A stretch of DNA of 64,000 bases. Origin: an uncultured virus (IMG/VR IMGVR_UViG_3300027861_004723) (lineage: Duplodnaviria; Heunggongvirae; Uroviricota; Caudoviricetes). The notes under the pieces are model-generated. The model made no database searches and was not told the origin of the DNA. It saw only the letters and a program-made list of their open reading frames with translations. Below, in pieces: positions 22,634 to 32,167 of the stretch (within the stretch, counting starts at the first letter, position 1; every line of letters begins with the position of its first letter). The DNA lies in the IMG/VR virus record IMGVR_UViG_3300027861_004723. One strand, given 5' to 3'. The translations under genes and the position numbers were made by a program.

Positions 22634-23035
22634 ATGTCGTACATTAAACCTGGTGACGCTATCATAAGAAAGAAATTCGGTTTCTGGGGCAATTTCTATA
22701 TTCACTGGGGGCTTTACATAAGAGATACCGAGCCGGAGATCATCGAGAAACAAGATATTGGGGTTCGGCAGATAGCTTTTGGTCGATTTCATAAAGATAT
22801 GCCCTACACAGTAATACCCTATACCGGCGATGATCCTAGAGAGCTTGTAATAGAGAGAGCCCTAGCCCGCGCCGACGATAAAAATTTTGCTGCGCTAAAT
22901 GATAACTGCGAAAGTTTTGTAAAGTATTGTCAAACAGGCAAAACACCGATAAGCCGCCAGATTACTGCTAGTTTAACTTTAATTGCGATAGGATTCCTAG
23001 CTTTACTCTGGGCTATTATACAGATAATTTGGTAA
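22634..23035 (+). CDS. LRAT-like permuted NlpC/P60 protein with C-terminal TM
   Basis: HWGLY ... NCESFV catalytic motifs in permuted order; hydrophobic tail; TGCTATCAT 6 nt before ATG. Confidence 0.8.
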   Translation: MSYIKPGDAIIRKKFGFWGNFYIHWGLYIRDTEPEIIEKQDIGVRQIAFGRFHKDMPYTVIPYTGDDPRELVIERALARADDKNFAALNDNCESFVKYCQTGKTPISRQITASLTLIAIGFLALLWAIIQIIW

Positions 23036-23044
23036 TATATCTGT

Positions 23045-24517
23045 ATGAGAAGACGAAGAAATCCTCCCAAGAGAAGAAAATGTGGTAACTGTGGAAGAAC
23101 AGGCCATAATTCCAGAACCTGCACGTATAGTAGTAGATCAAGTAGATCAAAACCAACCTCCAGAAGACGATGTGGTACTTGTGGTGGGATAGGGCACAAT
23201 GCTAGAACCTGCACCGCAGGCAGAACCCAACAAACCCAGCAAACCAGACAAACCAGCCACACTCAAAGTCGTAGCAGACAATCCTCTTCCTCAGAATCTC
23301 GCAACCTCCAAGAGATTTTTGATAACCTAAACGATGAGTATTTCCAAGGACGGCTTACCTGCTCTATCCGCTGGACTACCAGCGTTATCACTAGTATGTG
23401 GGGATATTACGAACCAGGAAGAAACCGTATAACCCTAAACCGAGTTTACCAAAGTCCGGAAATACCTTTCTACTGTCTAGAAAGCACAGTTTATCATGAG
23501 ATGGTTCACGCCGACGTGCCGGTATATCGCGGAGCCAACGGTTGCCGGGTAATACATGGTCCAGAATTCAAGCGTAGAGAGAAGCTTTATAGACACTATC
23601 ATGAATCTAAAGCATGGAAAAAGGCAAATGGTCACTACATTATGGACAAAGAATCCGGGGCCACCACAATAGAAACATATGAAGGATTACGCGTAGGGCA
23701 AACCTTTGTTTTCCGTGGAACAAGTTTTACTATCATTAACTTCAAACCAAGTCAGTGGAAGTATCCAGTTATGGTACAAAATGCCAGAGGAACTGTATAT
23801 AAGATGACTCTAGCTCAAGTTAAAGGAACACCCACCCCACCTCGAACTTCCCAAACACACACCAGAAGACGCCCCAGAGCAAGCAGTTCCGTGCAATCTT
23901 TTGACGGCCTTGAGGTTGGAGATACTTTTACTGTTCGCAGAACTACCTATACCATTGTTGGATTTAAGGCTAGTCGTTGGAAGTATCCTGTAACTGCCGA
24001 AGGCCCTCGTGGTGGCAAATGGAAATTCACTCTTGCCCAAGTAAAAGGGGGTAGAAGAAGAAACCCTCAAGGACTAGACCCACAACAACTAGTTTGTGAG
24101 ATCGATTATGATGACCCAGGACATCAAGGCGATGTTATAGAAGAACACGATACTGCAAATCGCAGACATCGTAGACGTAGAAACCTACACAGACGTAATC
24201 CATTCACCTGTAATCCAGAACTAGATGTATGCCCAGTCGATCATGATGACCCAGGACATCGAGGCGATGTTATAGAAGAACATGACGCTCACCGGAGAAA
24301 CCCCAATGCGACAGAACTGTCAGACCAGGGAATCTATTACATGGGGGACAGATCCTCATTCATAGAGGAGTGCAGCGAACTAGAGACTATAAACTACGAT
24401 CCCTCTTTTTGGGGCGGGCCTGGTTATTACCAATTCGATTATGATAATCACCGAGCCCACAAGATAGACTCCCCACGGAGGAGAAACTCCAAAAGAAGAA
24501 AGCGCCACTATGGCTAA
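23045..24517 (+). CDS. Multidomain SprT-like metalloprotease with two Zn knuckles, duplicated small beta domains and RRNP motifs
   Basis: CxxCxxxGHxxxxC twice, HEMVH...HGPEF, two G.TF......TI..FK.S.WKYPV repeats, two DDPGH.GDVIEEHD repeats. Confidence 0.8.
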   Translation: MRRRRNPPKRRKCGNCGRTGHNSRTCTYSSRSSRSKPTSRRRCGTCGGIGHNARTCTAGRTQQTQQTRQTSHTQSRSRQSSSSESRNLQEIFDNLNDEYFQGRLTCSIRWTTSVITSMWGYYEPGRNRITLNRVYQSPEIPFYCLESTVYHEMVHADVPVYRGANGCRVIHGPEFKRREKLYRHYHESKAWKKANGHYIMDKESGATTIETYEGLRVGQTFVFRGTSFTIINFKPSQWKYPVMVQNARGTVYKMTLAQVKGTPTPPRTSQTHTRRRPRASSSVQSFDGLEVGDTFTVRRTTYTIVGFKASRWKYPVTAEGPRGGKWKFTLAQVKGGRRRNPQGLDPQQLVCEIDYDDPGHQGDVIEEHDTANRRHRRRRNLHRRNPFTCNPELDVCPVDHDDPGHRGDVIEEHDAHRRNPNATELSDQGIYYMGDRSSFIEECSELETINYDPSFWGGPGYYQFDYDNHRAHKIDSPRRRNSKRRKRHYG

Positions 24518-25103
24518 TTTAGTACCAAGTGGAATTGACATTACAACAGGACAGTCGCAGAAAGTATCATCCGCAGATAATTTAGTAAACTCCAGCGGAA
24601 CGCCTTTGGCTGTTGGCGGGCTGCAATTGATCGAGCGCAAGGAGTTCTTGTCCGACACCGCGAGCTACACCTTCACAGGTCTTGATGGCGATACCGACGA
24701 AGAGTACGTCATCCAGGGCAGTGTTATGCACGGTACTGGTGCTGGCAATCATCAAGTTTATGTCCGCCCTAACGGACTCAGCACCAACCTGTCAGGCTTT
24801 TACGGGCAACTAGCTGGTGCTGTTTATTCGGGTGGGCCCCTGACGGGCTGGTGGCTCGCCGTCACTACCACCTCTGGCTTGGATCTTCCTGCACACGTAG
24901 ACGCCCACGTCTACGCGAAGCGGACGGGCGGGGGTCCTAATCGTCAACGCATGTTTCGTAACAACATGGTCCTCGCTGCCCCTCTTCTCGTGAACGGGAC
25001 CTGGAACGAGACGGTGACCAACATCACTTCCCTTCAGATCATTGCGACGATTGGCGTCATTGGGGTGGGCACCGAACTCAGCCTCTACAAGGTGATTAAG
25101 TAA
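24510..25103 (+). CDS. Putative virion or tail-fibre-associated protein, paralogue of 45182..45775
   Basis: Shared P.GID.TTGQ, LIE.KE, F.GLDG.TD..YV, G.W..T..N.TSL, LYK. Confidence 0.55.
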   Translation: MANLVPSGIDITTGQSQKVSSADNLVNSSGTPLAVGGLQLIERKEFLSDTASYTFTGLDGDTDEEYVIQGSVMHGTGAGNHQVYVRPNGLSTNLSGFYGQLAGAVYSGGPLTGWWLAVTTTSGLDLPAHVDAHVYAKRTGGGPNRQRMFRNNMVLAAPLLVNGTWNETVTNITSLQIIATIGVIGVGTELSLYKVIK

Positions 25104-25228
25104 TTCTAAGAAAAAGTTTGGAAAGTCTAGGTTTATGGAAAGATGTAGACGTTATTTTTAATTAAACTTTTCCTATTATTGACAACGATATAGGGCTTTT
25201 TGTTATACTTAGTGCAGGAGAAAATTTT

Positions 25229-25375
25229 ATGACAACAGTAGGGAATAATGTAATACTAGAAGAGGTCGTAGTGACTGGTGCTACAAGCACCGCAGCGTCT
25301 ACTTTTAATGGAAAGGTCGTAATGGCCGGATCAGATACTTCGTTCCTATCCATTCTGGGAAACATTTCTTTCTAA
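25229..25375 (+). CDS. 48-aa small protein (below ORF-track cutoff)
   Basis: TGTTATACT promoter, AGGAG RBS, MTTVGNNVILEE...ISF, followed by a terminator. Confidence 0.6.
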   Translation: MTTVGNNVILEEVVVTGATSTAASTFNGKVVMAGSDTSFLSILGNISF

Positions 25376-25397
25376 GAAATATTCTCACTGCCATTTA

Positions 25398-25436
25398 CAA
25401 AATCCTCTGCAGGCTTCGGCCTCGCAGAGGATTTTG
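25398..25436. terminator. Bidirectional intrinsic terminator
   Basis: CAAAATCCTCTGC / GCAGAGGATTTTG stem with inner C(UUCG)G loop, between convergent genes. Confidence 0.8.
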
Positions 25437-25449
25437 CATTTCATCACTT

Positions 25450-26106
25450 TCAGGGATTGCGTCTGCGTCGTCTAGGACTAACTGCTTGATATCGAGCAAA
25501 AGCCCTAGATTCACGCCTAGCTAGGGGCTTTAGCTTTTTCCGGGCTCGCCTGAACGCTTCCCTGTGTATCTTGTCAACTCGATCTACTAGAGCTATCGCC
25601 TCTTCTTCAGCAACCCAACCCAAAGCATTCGAAGCCTTTTTCTCGGCACGACGTGCTCGTTTTTCTGCTTTTCTTCTTATCTTTCTAGTGGCTTTTATCA
25701 GGGCTTTTCGGGCTTTTTCCCACTTCTTTTGTTTCTTCTTTTTCTTGGAAGGGTTTTTCCTACCCCTAAACCAGCGTCGGGGTGCAGCATATCGACCAGC
25801 ATATCTAGATGCCCTCTCGTGCTTTAGCTCTAGCTGTTTTAGGCGATATCTCCAATCCTTGAAATCTATAAGGCTTAGTCTCTGGGCTCTAGCAAGAATA
25901 TCTCTCGCCATTGCAAAACCATTGTACCTTCTTGCTCTATCTACTAAGATTTCTAGTTTACCGGGTTTTTCAGTAAGCTCAGTAAGATAGTCATCAAACT
26001 TCCAAGCTTCAAATCTAGATGGATTTCGCATCAAGCCACGAGGTGCCAGACTTTGATAATACCTTTCAACAGAACAGCTAGCGCATTTACAGTTTGGACA
26101 ACTCAT
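25450..26106 (-). CDS. Highly basic protein with three RNP/KNP motifs, ending in RRRRNP
   Basis: Start reassigned to ATG 26106, 6 nt after TGCTATAAT. Confidence 0.75.
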   Translation of the reverse strand: MSCPNCKCASCSVERYYQSLAPRGLMRNPSRFEAWKFDDYLTELTEKPGKLEILVDRARRYNGFAMARDILARAQRLSLIDFKDWRYRLKQLELKHERASRYAGRYAAPRRWFRGRKNPSKKKKKQKKWEKARKALIKATRKIRRKAEKRARRAEKKASNALGWVAEEEAIALVDRVDKIHREAFRRARKKLKPLARRESRAFARYQAVSPRRRRRNP

Positions 26107-26172
26107 GAAATTATTATAGCAAATCAAACCGTCTCTTGACAGATTTCCGTATACGCGGTATTCTATCAGAAG

Positions 26173-26761
26173 ATGGATAGTCTAGACTTTAAACAAGATC
26201 TTGAGCCAAAAGTCTCGCACAACCTCGAAAAAGAAGTTTGTGAAGGAATCTGCCAACTAGGATGGTCTTTTGCCGCAGAAATCTGCACCCCAGTTCAAGT
26301 GGAAGTATGGTTCGTAATCCAAGACCAGATTTGGGATGATGAATGGAAGGACACCCAGTGAGAAAATTACACATCCGACAAATGCTAATGGCTAGTCCTA
26401 TCAAAGTAACTCCAGTACATTCTCGCATATCAGATAGTCTTTACCAGCGTGTTATAGTTAAGATACTTCCTTCCAGACAACGACAAGAACCGATTGTTAA
26501 TCAAATTAGTCTTAAAATAGCAACTGAGTTAAAATGTTAGGTATGCCTTGGGGTAAGGAAGTAGAGCAACTATTGTGGGACAATGTGTATTACGACATTG
26601 TCAGACTGGTTACTGACAATGTGCGGGCAAAAGCCGATTTTCTAACCTTTGATATAGAAGAAGCCATTGGCGTAGATTATGAGGTAAGCACTTGGGATAG
26701 TGTTGGTCTAAGCCTATGCCAGAATATTCGAGAGAAAATCAATGAAGATCAAGAAATATAG
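26173..26761 (+). CDS. Three short QV/W-rich paralogue-like genes
   Basis: TTGACA-N17-TATTCT promoter at 26136-26164; overlapping ORFs. Confidence 0.55.
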
Positions 26762-26769
26762 ATGCTCTT

Positions 26770-27570
26770 TTAGAGGTTGAGGCAGGGGCCCAAACAATTA
26801 AAGCCTCCCTCGGGAGCGGGAGTCAGATGATCCATGCACATTCTAGCACCACAGGCTTCACAAAAATCCCAGCAATGTGTGCCTGCATTAGTGCAAGCTT
26901 CATCCCCGCAATCGCACTCTCTTATATGGTAAGAACAGGCTGGCTGCTTACAAACGTCGCATTTAGGAGCACATTGCGGGCATTCAACCTCACTACACTC
27001 ATCTTCACAATTAGTGCCACAATCCCGGCATACAGTCATATCATGTTCGTTGCAATAAATAGAACCTACATTACCGCAGACACCGCATTGTAGAATATGT
27101 CGTATAGGGCTTTCACTTAGATCATATATTGAAATGTCAACTTCATGCCCTTCCTTAAAATCTCCCCAACGCGACTTCGTAATACCGGAAAGACCTCGGG
27201 TTTCAACAGCCACAAGAACCTCTAGATGCGCTTTGATAACTTCAAGCTGCGTGGGTGGTGATGAAGCAGAGTGGTCTCCTAAATCAATGAAGCTATCATC
27301 GTCCCCGTCTGTGTGCCAGGCACCATGGCTTACTCCATACCAGCCATCATGTGGAGAGCCCGCTGAGGAAACCATGATCCCAGCTAAAGGGGATTGCATT
27401 TGCCACAGATTTTCGGGGCCAAACTCAAAGAGTCGATAAGTGGGGGGTAATAATTTCATACCAGAACGAAGACGCTGAACGTTGATCCTAGATCTCAGTT
27501 CTTCACCACCATTAACAGCGTATTCTCGTTCCAGTCTTCTTAATCTTTCATCAGGGTTGCGGTAGTACAT
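26770..27570 (-). CDS. MYYRNP-tagged protein with C-terminal CxxC repeats
   Basis: TGTTATACT 6 nt before ATG; Cys-rich C-terminus. Confidence 0.8.
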   Translation of the reverse strand: MYYRNPDERLRRLEREYAVNGGEELRSRINVQRLRSGMKLLPPTYRLFEFGPENLWQMQSPLAGIMVSSAGSPHDGWYGVSHGAWHTDGDDDSFIDLGDHSASSPPTQLEVIKAHLEVLVAVETRGLSGITKSRWGDFKEGHEVDISIYDLSESPIRHILQCGVCGNVGSIYCNEHDMTVCRDCGTNCEDECSEVECPQCAPKCDVCKQPACSYHIRECDCGDEACTNAGTHCWDFCEACGARMCMDHLTPAPEGGFNCLGPCLNL

Positions 27571-27588
27571 GACTATAGTATAACAAAA

Positions 27589-27981
27589 CTACTTACGAGA
27601 TTTCGGTCTACTTCTTCGACGAACTCGCTTAAACCGCTTCCCGCCCTTGGTGATAATACCTGTTTTACTAGAACTGGTTGCTGTAGAACTAGCTAATACG
27701 CCTAATCCGACAACAAGCGCAATTATCACCGCAACAAAAATTAGAATCATCTTTAAAGGGCTCTTACCTTGCCTGGCCGCAGGAAGGAAAGGCTGGTTAA
27801 GAAGTTTAGCCCTACGCTGGTCAAGTAAGAATCTTTTACCGGCATATTTAGTCTCCATCCCCGTGTTGTGGATATCAAATCCAGCAGACACTAGAGGATT
27901 TATTATAGCTGCAGCCCCGCCAGCTACATTCACAGGCGCGGGTGCAGGCTCTAATCCTAAAGTTCTAGTGGGGTATAGCAC
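27589..27981 (-). CDS. Membrane protein with basic C-terminal tail
   Basis: MILIFVAVIIALVVGLGVL helix. Confidence 0.65.
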   Translation of the reverse strand: MLYPTRTLGLEPAPAPVNVAGGAAAIINPLVSAGFDIHNTGMETKYAGKRFLLDQRRAKLLNQPFLPAARQGKSPLKMILIFVAVIIALVVGLGVLASSTATSSSKTGIITKGGKRFKRVRRRSRPKSRK

Positions 27982-27999
27982 TACTCTTCCTTAATATAA

Positions 28000-29142
28000 T
28001 CACAGAGCAGCTTCGACCTTGTGGGCCGCTACGCGGATTTTTTTGGTGGCTCCTGAGATTGATTGTCGAACTTGGCGCTCCAAGAAGTCAACCTGAGCAT
28101 CTGTGAGGTCTTTGAGCACGTTCATGTGGGCCATGTTTACTGCCTCATCTGCGCCGCTGTCAAGTTCATCTGCAGCCGCAAGGGCTGCATCTACTGTGTA
28201 GAATACCACCCGCGAGCGGTTGAGGATTATGAAGTCGCCGCCCTCATAATACTCGTTTTCTAGCCGGTCAATAGCAGTTTCACTCAGACTGACGCTGACA
28301 GCATCCCAGGATTCCATAGCCAGCCGCAGGGAGGCAAGGGTTTCATGGTCACCGGCTGCGGATGCAACCTTCCATGCTCGCTGTAGGACGCGTTCTGGGT
28401 TTCGTCTATAGTAACGCGATTCCCCTCCCGAGTGTGTTCCCAATTCCGCTAACTCTGCGACTAGTGCAGCGCGTCTCGCATCACCACCACCGCAGCACCA
28501 ATCACAGCCCGAATAGGTTCGATCCATCTCTTTGATCGCAGCCCGAATATCTGCGATGGCCTTCGCCCGTTGCTCATCCGTCTCCCTAGCCTTCGCTTTA
28601 GCCTTCCGGCGCTCTAGCTTCTTCTTTCGGCGTGATTTAGGGTTTTTTCGTCTACGGTAACGTGATCTAAGCTCCCAGCCTGGTCCAGAAAGCCCACGAT
28701 GTCTTCGTTGCTGCGCCTGCTTATTTTCTGCAAAGCCTCCCCATCCGCTTCCTGAGCGGGAACCGGAACTGAGTTTTTTCGCACCATCTTGTGGGCACTT
28801 TCCTCTACAGTAAGGAAACGCACTACATGCCCAGAATAAACCATACCTACCTGATTTTACTACGCATGGATTTTCGCACCCCGGGCACTCTGGGGCGTCA
28901 GAAGGCCCAGTAGCTTTTTTCCTCTTAGCAGCTTTCTTCTTTTTCTTGGGAGTTTTCTTTTTTAGGAGGCGAGACTTAACAGCCTTTTTCTTGGGGGCTT
29001 TCTTTCTAGCAACTTTTTTCTTAGGAGCTTTTTTAGCCGTCCCACGGCTAGAAGCGGACTTATGCCGTTTACAATACGTGCGAGCACAAGAAAGCCCGCA
29101 CTTTTTACCATCGGATTTCTTATAAGCTTTGCACTTGTTCAT
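28000..29142 (-). CDS. Basic, histone-H1-like protein with a topoisomerase-type C4 Zn ribbon and RxNP motifs
   Basis: KKAPKKK repeats; CPGC...KSGRYGLFWACSAFPYC. Confidence 0.75.
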   Translation of the reverse strand: MNKCKAYKKSDGKKCGLSCARTYCKRHKSASSRGTAKKAPKKKVARKKAPKKKAVKSRLLKKKTPKKKKKAAKRKKATGPSDAPECPGCENPCVVKSGRYGLFWACSAFPYCRGKCPQDGAKKLSSGSRSGSGWGGFAENKQAQQRRHRGLSGPGWELRSRYRRRKNPKSRRKKKLERRKAKAKARETDEQRAKAIADIRAAIKEMDRTYSGCDWCCGGGDARRAALVAELAELGTHSGGESRYYRRNPERVLQRAWKVASAAGDHETLASLRLAMESWDAVSVSLSETAIDRLENEYYEGGDFIILNRSRVVFYTVDAALAAADELDSGADEAVNMAHMNVLKDLTDAQVDFLERQVRQSISGATKKIRVAAHKVEAAL

Positions 29143-29735
29143 TATTTATCTTCCTTAACATAGATCAAATCACCCAGGATAGCCACGCCATCGCAAATAC
29201 TTTCTTCCATGCCATAACTAGTGTTTCCTTGCCAGTAGGATCGTGCCCAACTAGAAATTTCATCTTTAGCTCTTTCTCGGGCAGCAGTGTTAAGCCACCG
29301 ACTAGGTGCGCCACCATACATATTCCCCCCCAGGGCCCGCATGCAATCTTGTCTAGCTTCCGTCCACATTTCGGAATCGGTCGTAAAGATAGTTCCAGAA
29401 AATAGAACCTCATAAACATGAGTTCTCGCAGACCACTCACTGGGTTTACTGCAGAAGCCGCTATCAAGTTTAGGGCATAGGAATATGCAACCTATACGTG
29501 AAGGCGCTTCCGGGTTTGTTTTGATTCTTACCTCGTCAAAGACATCTTCTTGGAAGTTCCAAATCTTGTAGTGAACAAGCATCTCTGGATCAGCGTCAAT
29601 AGGCGGATCACTGCCCAGCCCTTTGAATTTGGGGACAAATTCTAAATCACAGGGGCCTTTAGCAGCCCAATACATAATTTGATCTTCGACGTGGTGGAAG
29701 CCAGGCTCTGTAACATCTGGGTTATATCTATACAT
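29142..29735 (-). CDS. DUF2441-like (putative ADP-ribosyltransferase fold) protein, starts MYRYNP
   Basis: FDEVR...P.APSRIGCIF, VYEV, YW.G, E; start coupled by a TAATG overlap. Confidence 0.55.
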   Translation of the reverse strand: MYRYNPDVTEPGFHHVEDQIMYWAAKGPCDLEFVPKFKGLGSDPPIDADPEMLVHYKIWNFQEDVFDEVRIKTNPEAPSRIGCIFLCPKLDSGFCSKPSEWSARTHVYEVLFSGTIFTTDSEMWTEARQDCMRALGGNMYGGAPSRWLNTAARERAKDEISSWARSYWQGNTSYGMEESICDGVAILGDLIYVKEDK

Positions 29736-32167
29736 TATTGGCACTCTCCACAAACTTCTTTGCCGTCTTCGTTTTCTTCTAAGTGTTCTTTACATACTCT
29801 GTAACCACATTCGGGGCATGAAGTTCCACATCCTTCACAGAGATCCATCCCACATTCCTCGCACTGATCCCTACAACATTTACATATTACATTATCACAT
29901 TCTGCACATTCACTAGAGTCACTACTGCAACAACTACCAAATAGGTGGGCACAAGAGCGTGTCCCACTTTCATCTCGGGCAGAACACTCAGTTTGACAGG
30001 TATCACAAATATGCGCATTTTGGCAGCACTGGCATGTTGTCATACAATCTCTACAGATACCACTACCGCAGCTATCACAGCTCATTAAACAATCACCACA
30101 AGCAGCTTCACCGCACTCGTCGCAGCCACCCATGCACTCTTCGCATCCCTCATTGCCGCAGTCTGTACATTCTATTACGCAGCTTTCACATCCCGCACTT
30201 TCCCCACAATTTCTGCATTCCGAAGCTTTTAGATGCCCGTGCGAGGAGCATATAAAGCTGGGCTCTAGAGTTTTGAATACCTCTATAAGTTTATCTCTGG
30301 CTTCTGAGTCCTCTAGATCCGAGTTATCTACGTCTTTAATTTCGACATGCCCGCTCATGTAAGTATTAGATATCACACCCGAGTAAGCTAATATAGGCCC
30401 AGTATTACTCATCAGGTCTAAATCTTCATTAACCTCAATATAGTAAAAAGGTCCTGATTCAAGATAGCGCTTTGCCATCGCCTCGTCTTTAATGCACCAA
30501 CGAGTTTTTTGCCCATATCTGTGAGCAGCTTCTGTATTACTAAGTTGGGTTATACGAAAATCATCATCTTCATATACTATTACCGCCCCACTCAATTCAA
30601 GCCGTTTTTCCCTACCGCGTTTAGATTCTTCGAAGTTGTCCCGCAAAGCTCTGGATAGATCTCCAGCCGAATCAAAGCTGTTAATATCTCTTAATTGTTG
30701 TGGCAGGCGATGTTTTTTCTGATCGAATTCACTTAGTAGTTCATGTAAAACCATGACATCATCTTCTGCTTGGCGGTTATTCATAAACACCTTGAATAAC
30801 CAGTTAGCATACTTGCCTCTTGGCGTTGGATCAGTAGCGTCTAAAAAGCGAATAACACGATCAATAACCCCGCCCTGATACCGAACTTCTTGCACATAGG
30901 CTGAGGCACTGCTTACATAACCTTCCCAGTGTGCGCTAATACGTTGTTGCGAGGAACCACCATCAAGACTGTGCTCACCAGTAGGGCTACCTGAGAAAAT
31001 TATCATACTGTTTTTATACTTAGGGCTTTCTTCTCTAAAGATGGTCAGCGTCAGCGGGCCTAGTTTTTCTTGCGATAAAACAGTGCGTTTAGTGCCTGGC
31101 TCCCAGCGGCCTCCCCTCTTAGGACGAAGATAGAATTTTTCAGCCAATTTCCTGAAATGATCAATACGAGCTTCGCTCAAAGGGTTTCTTGCCCAAGGAT
31201 TGTATCTGTAATTCGGCATGTCGGTATTATAGCATGTTTCTTTAAGCTTAGATCTGGTTTTCATCAACAGACGGCCAAGATGGTTATGGCCGACCCCACC
31301 CGATATACCCCAAAAAGTATCCCCCCAGGAATTTTCTTCAACAAGATCTTCGCCAAGAGTGTTTAGTAGTTTTTGGCCAAGCTCTGGTATTGAAAACTTT
31401 TGTCTTAATAGATAATCCATTACTTCAAGTTTTATCTCAGACCAATCCGCCCTTTCAGGTAGCTTGTGCTTTCTCATTGCTCTTTTTGCACGCCCCGGTG
31501 TTGTCTGATTCTGTATAATAAGCATATCTTTGGGATTTTCACACTTAGCTGCTTGGTAGGCATGTTCTACAGAAGGAAAATCTAACCCCATATAGACTAC
31601 ATGCGAAGGATAAAAATTACTAAGAAACTTATATTCATCCTTAAAAGATGTTATAGGGTTTGTGAGATATTCTTTTTTAGTAAAGTAATCTGGCTTTTCT
31701 CTGACAATGAATTTGACCCCAAAGTGCAAAGGTTCCGGCAAATCAGTTACAGGAAACCACTCATAAGAGTCATTCTCCCAGTTCAGTTCCATATCCCAAG
31801 CATCTCTTTGTTCTTCGGTTATCCTGGCCAGGAAAGTAACGTATTTGAAGTTGCCCTCTTCGAATATTACTTTATCGAAGAAATCTATGGGGTCGGGCAG
31901 ATAATACTCCTCACCCCCGCATAGTTCTTCTATTGTTTCCTTTATAGCATTTTGAAAGAAGACATCCAATGACAAGTGTTCCTGACCTAGAGAATCCTCC
32001 TCGGATTGGATATACATCTCACCTATAGCACCGCCTGGTATACCCCAGGTGCCAGGTTCTTGGACGTTTGGGCTTCGTTCCAGTAGCAATACTTGGTTTT
32101 GGCAGAAAAATAGTATACCTGCGCCAGCTTTACCATAAAATTCTGGGTTTGATCTATATCTAGTCAT
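29735..32167 (-). CDS. Fusion protein: Nudix + NADAR (YbiA-like) + conserved phage domain + CxxC repeats
   Basis: GAGILF, TWGIPGG, AIKETIEE (Nudix); FLSNFY, SVEHAYQAAK, FWG, G.N.LG.LLM (NADAR). Confidence 0.85.
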   Translation of the reverse strand: MTRYRSNPEFYGKAGAGILFFCQNQVLLLERSPNVQEPGTWGIPGGAIGEMYIQSEEDSLGQEHLSLDVFFQNAIKETIEELCGGEEYYLPDPIDFFDKVIFEEGNFKYVTFLARITEEQRDAWDMELNWENDSYEWFPVTDLPEPLHFGVKFIVREKPDYFTKKEYLTNPITSFKDEYKFLSNFYPSHVVYMGLDFPSVEHAYQAAKCENPKDMLIIQNQTTPGRAKRAMRKHKLPERADWSEIKLEVMDYLLRQKFSIPELGQKLLNTLGEDLVEENSWGDTFWGISGGVGHNHLGRLLMKTRSKLKETCYNTDMPNYRYNPWARNPLSEARIDHFRKLAEKFYLRPKRGGRWEPGTKRTVLSQEKLGPLTLTIFREESPKYKNSMIIFSGSPTGEHSLDGGSSQQRISAHWEGYVSSASAYVQEVRYQGGVIDRVIRFLDATDPTPRGKYANWLFKVFMNNRQAEDDVMVLHELLSEFDQKKHRLPQQLRDINSFDSAGDLSRALRDNFEESKRGREKRLELSGAVIVYEDDDFRITQLSNTEAAHRYGQKTRWCIKDEAMAKRYLESGPFYYIEVNEDLDLMSNTGPILAYSGVISNTYMSGHVEIKDVDNSDLEDSEARDKLIEVFKTLEPSFICSSHGHLKASECRNCGESAGCESCVIECTDCGNEGCEECMGGCDECGEAACGDCLMSCDSCGSGICRDCMTTCQCCQNAHICDTCQTECSARDESGTRSCAHLFGSCCSSDSSECAECDNVICKCCRDQCEECGMDLCEGCGTSCPECGYRVCKEHLEENEDGKEVCGECQ
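31220..31234 (-). promoter_or_regulatory. Internal extended -10 promoter with in-frame leaderless ATG at 31219
   Basis: TGCTATAAT-accgac-ATG(PNYRYNP), the same geometry as free-standing genes. Confidence 0.7.
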
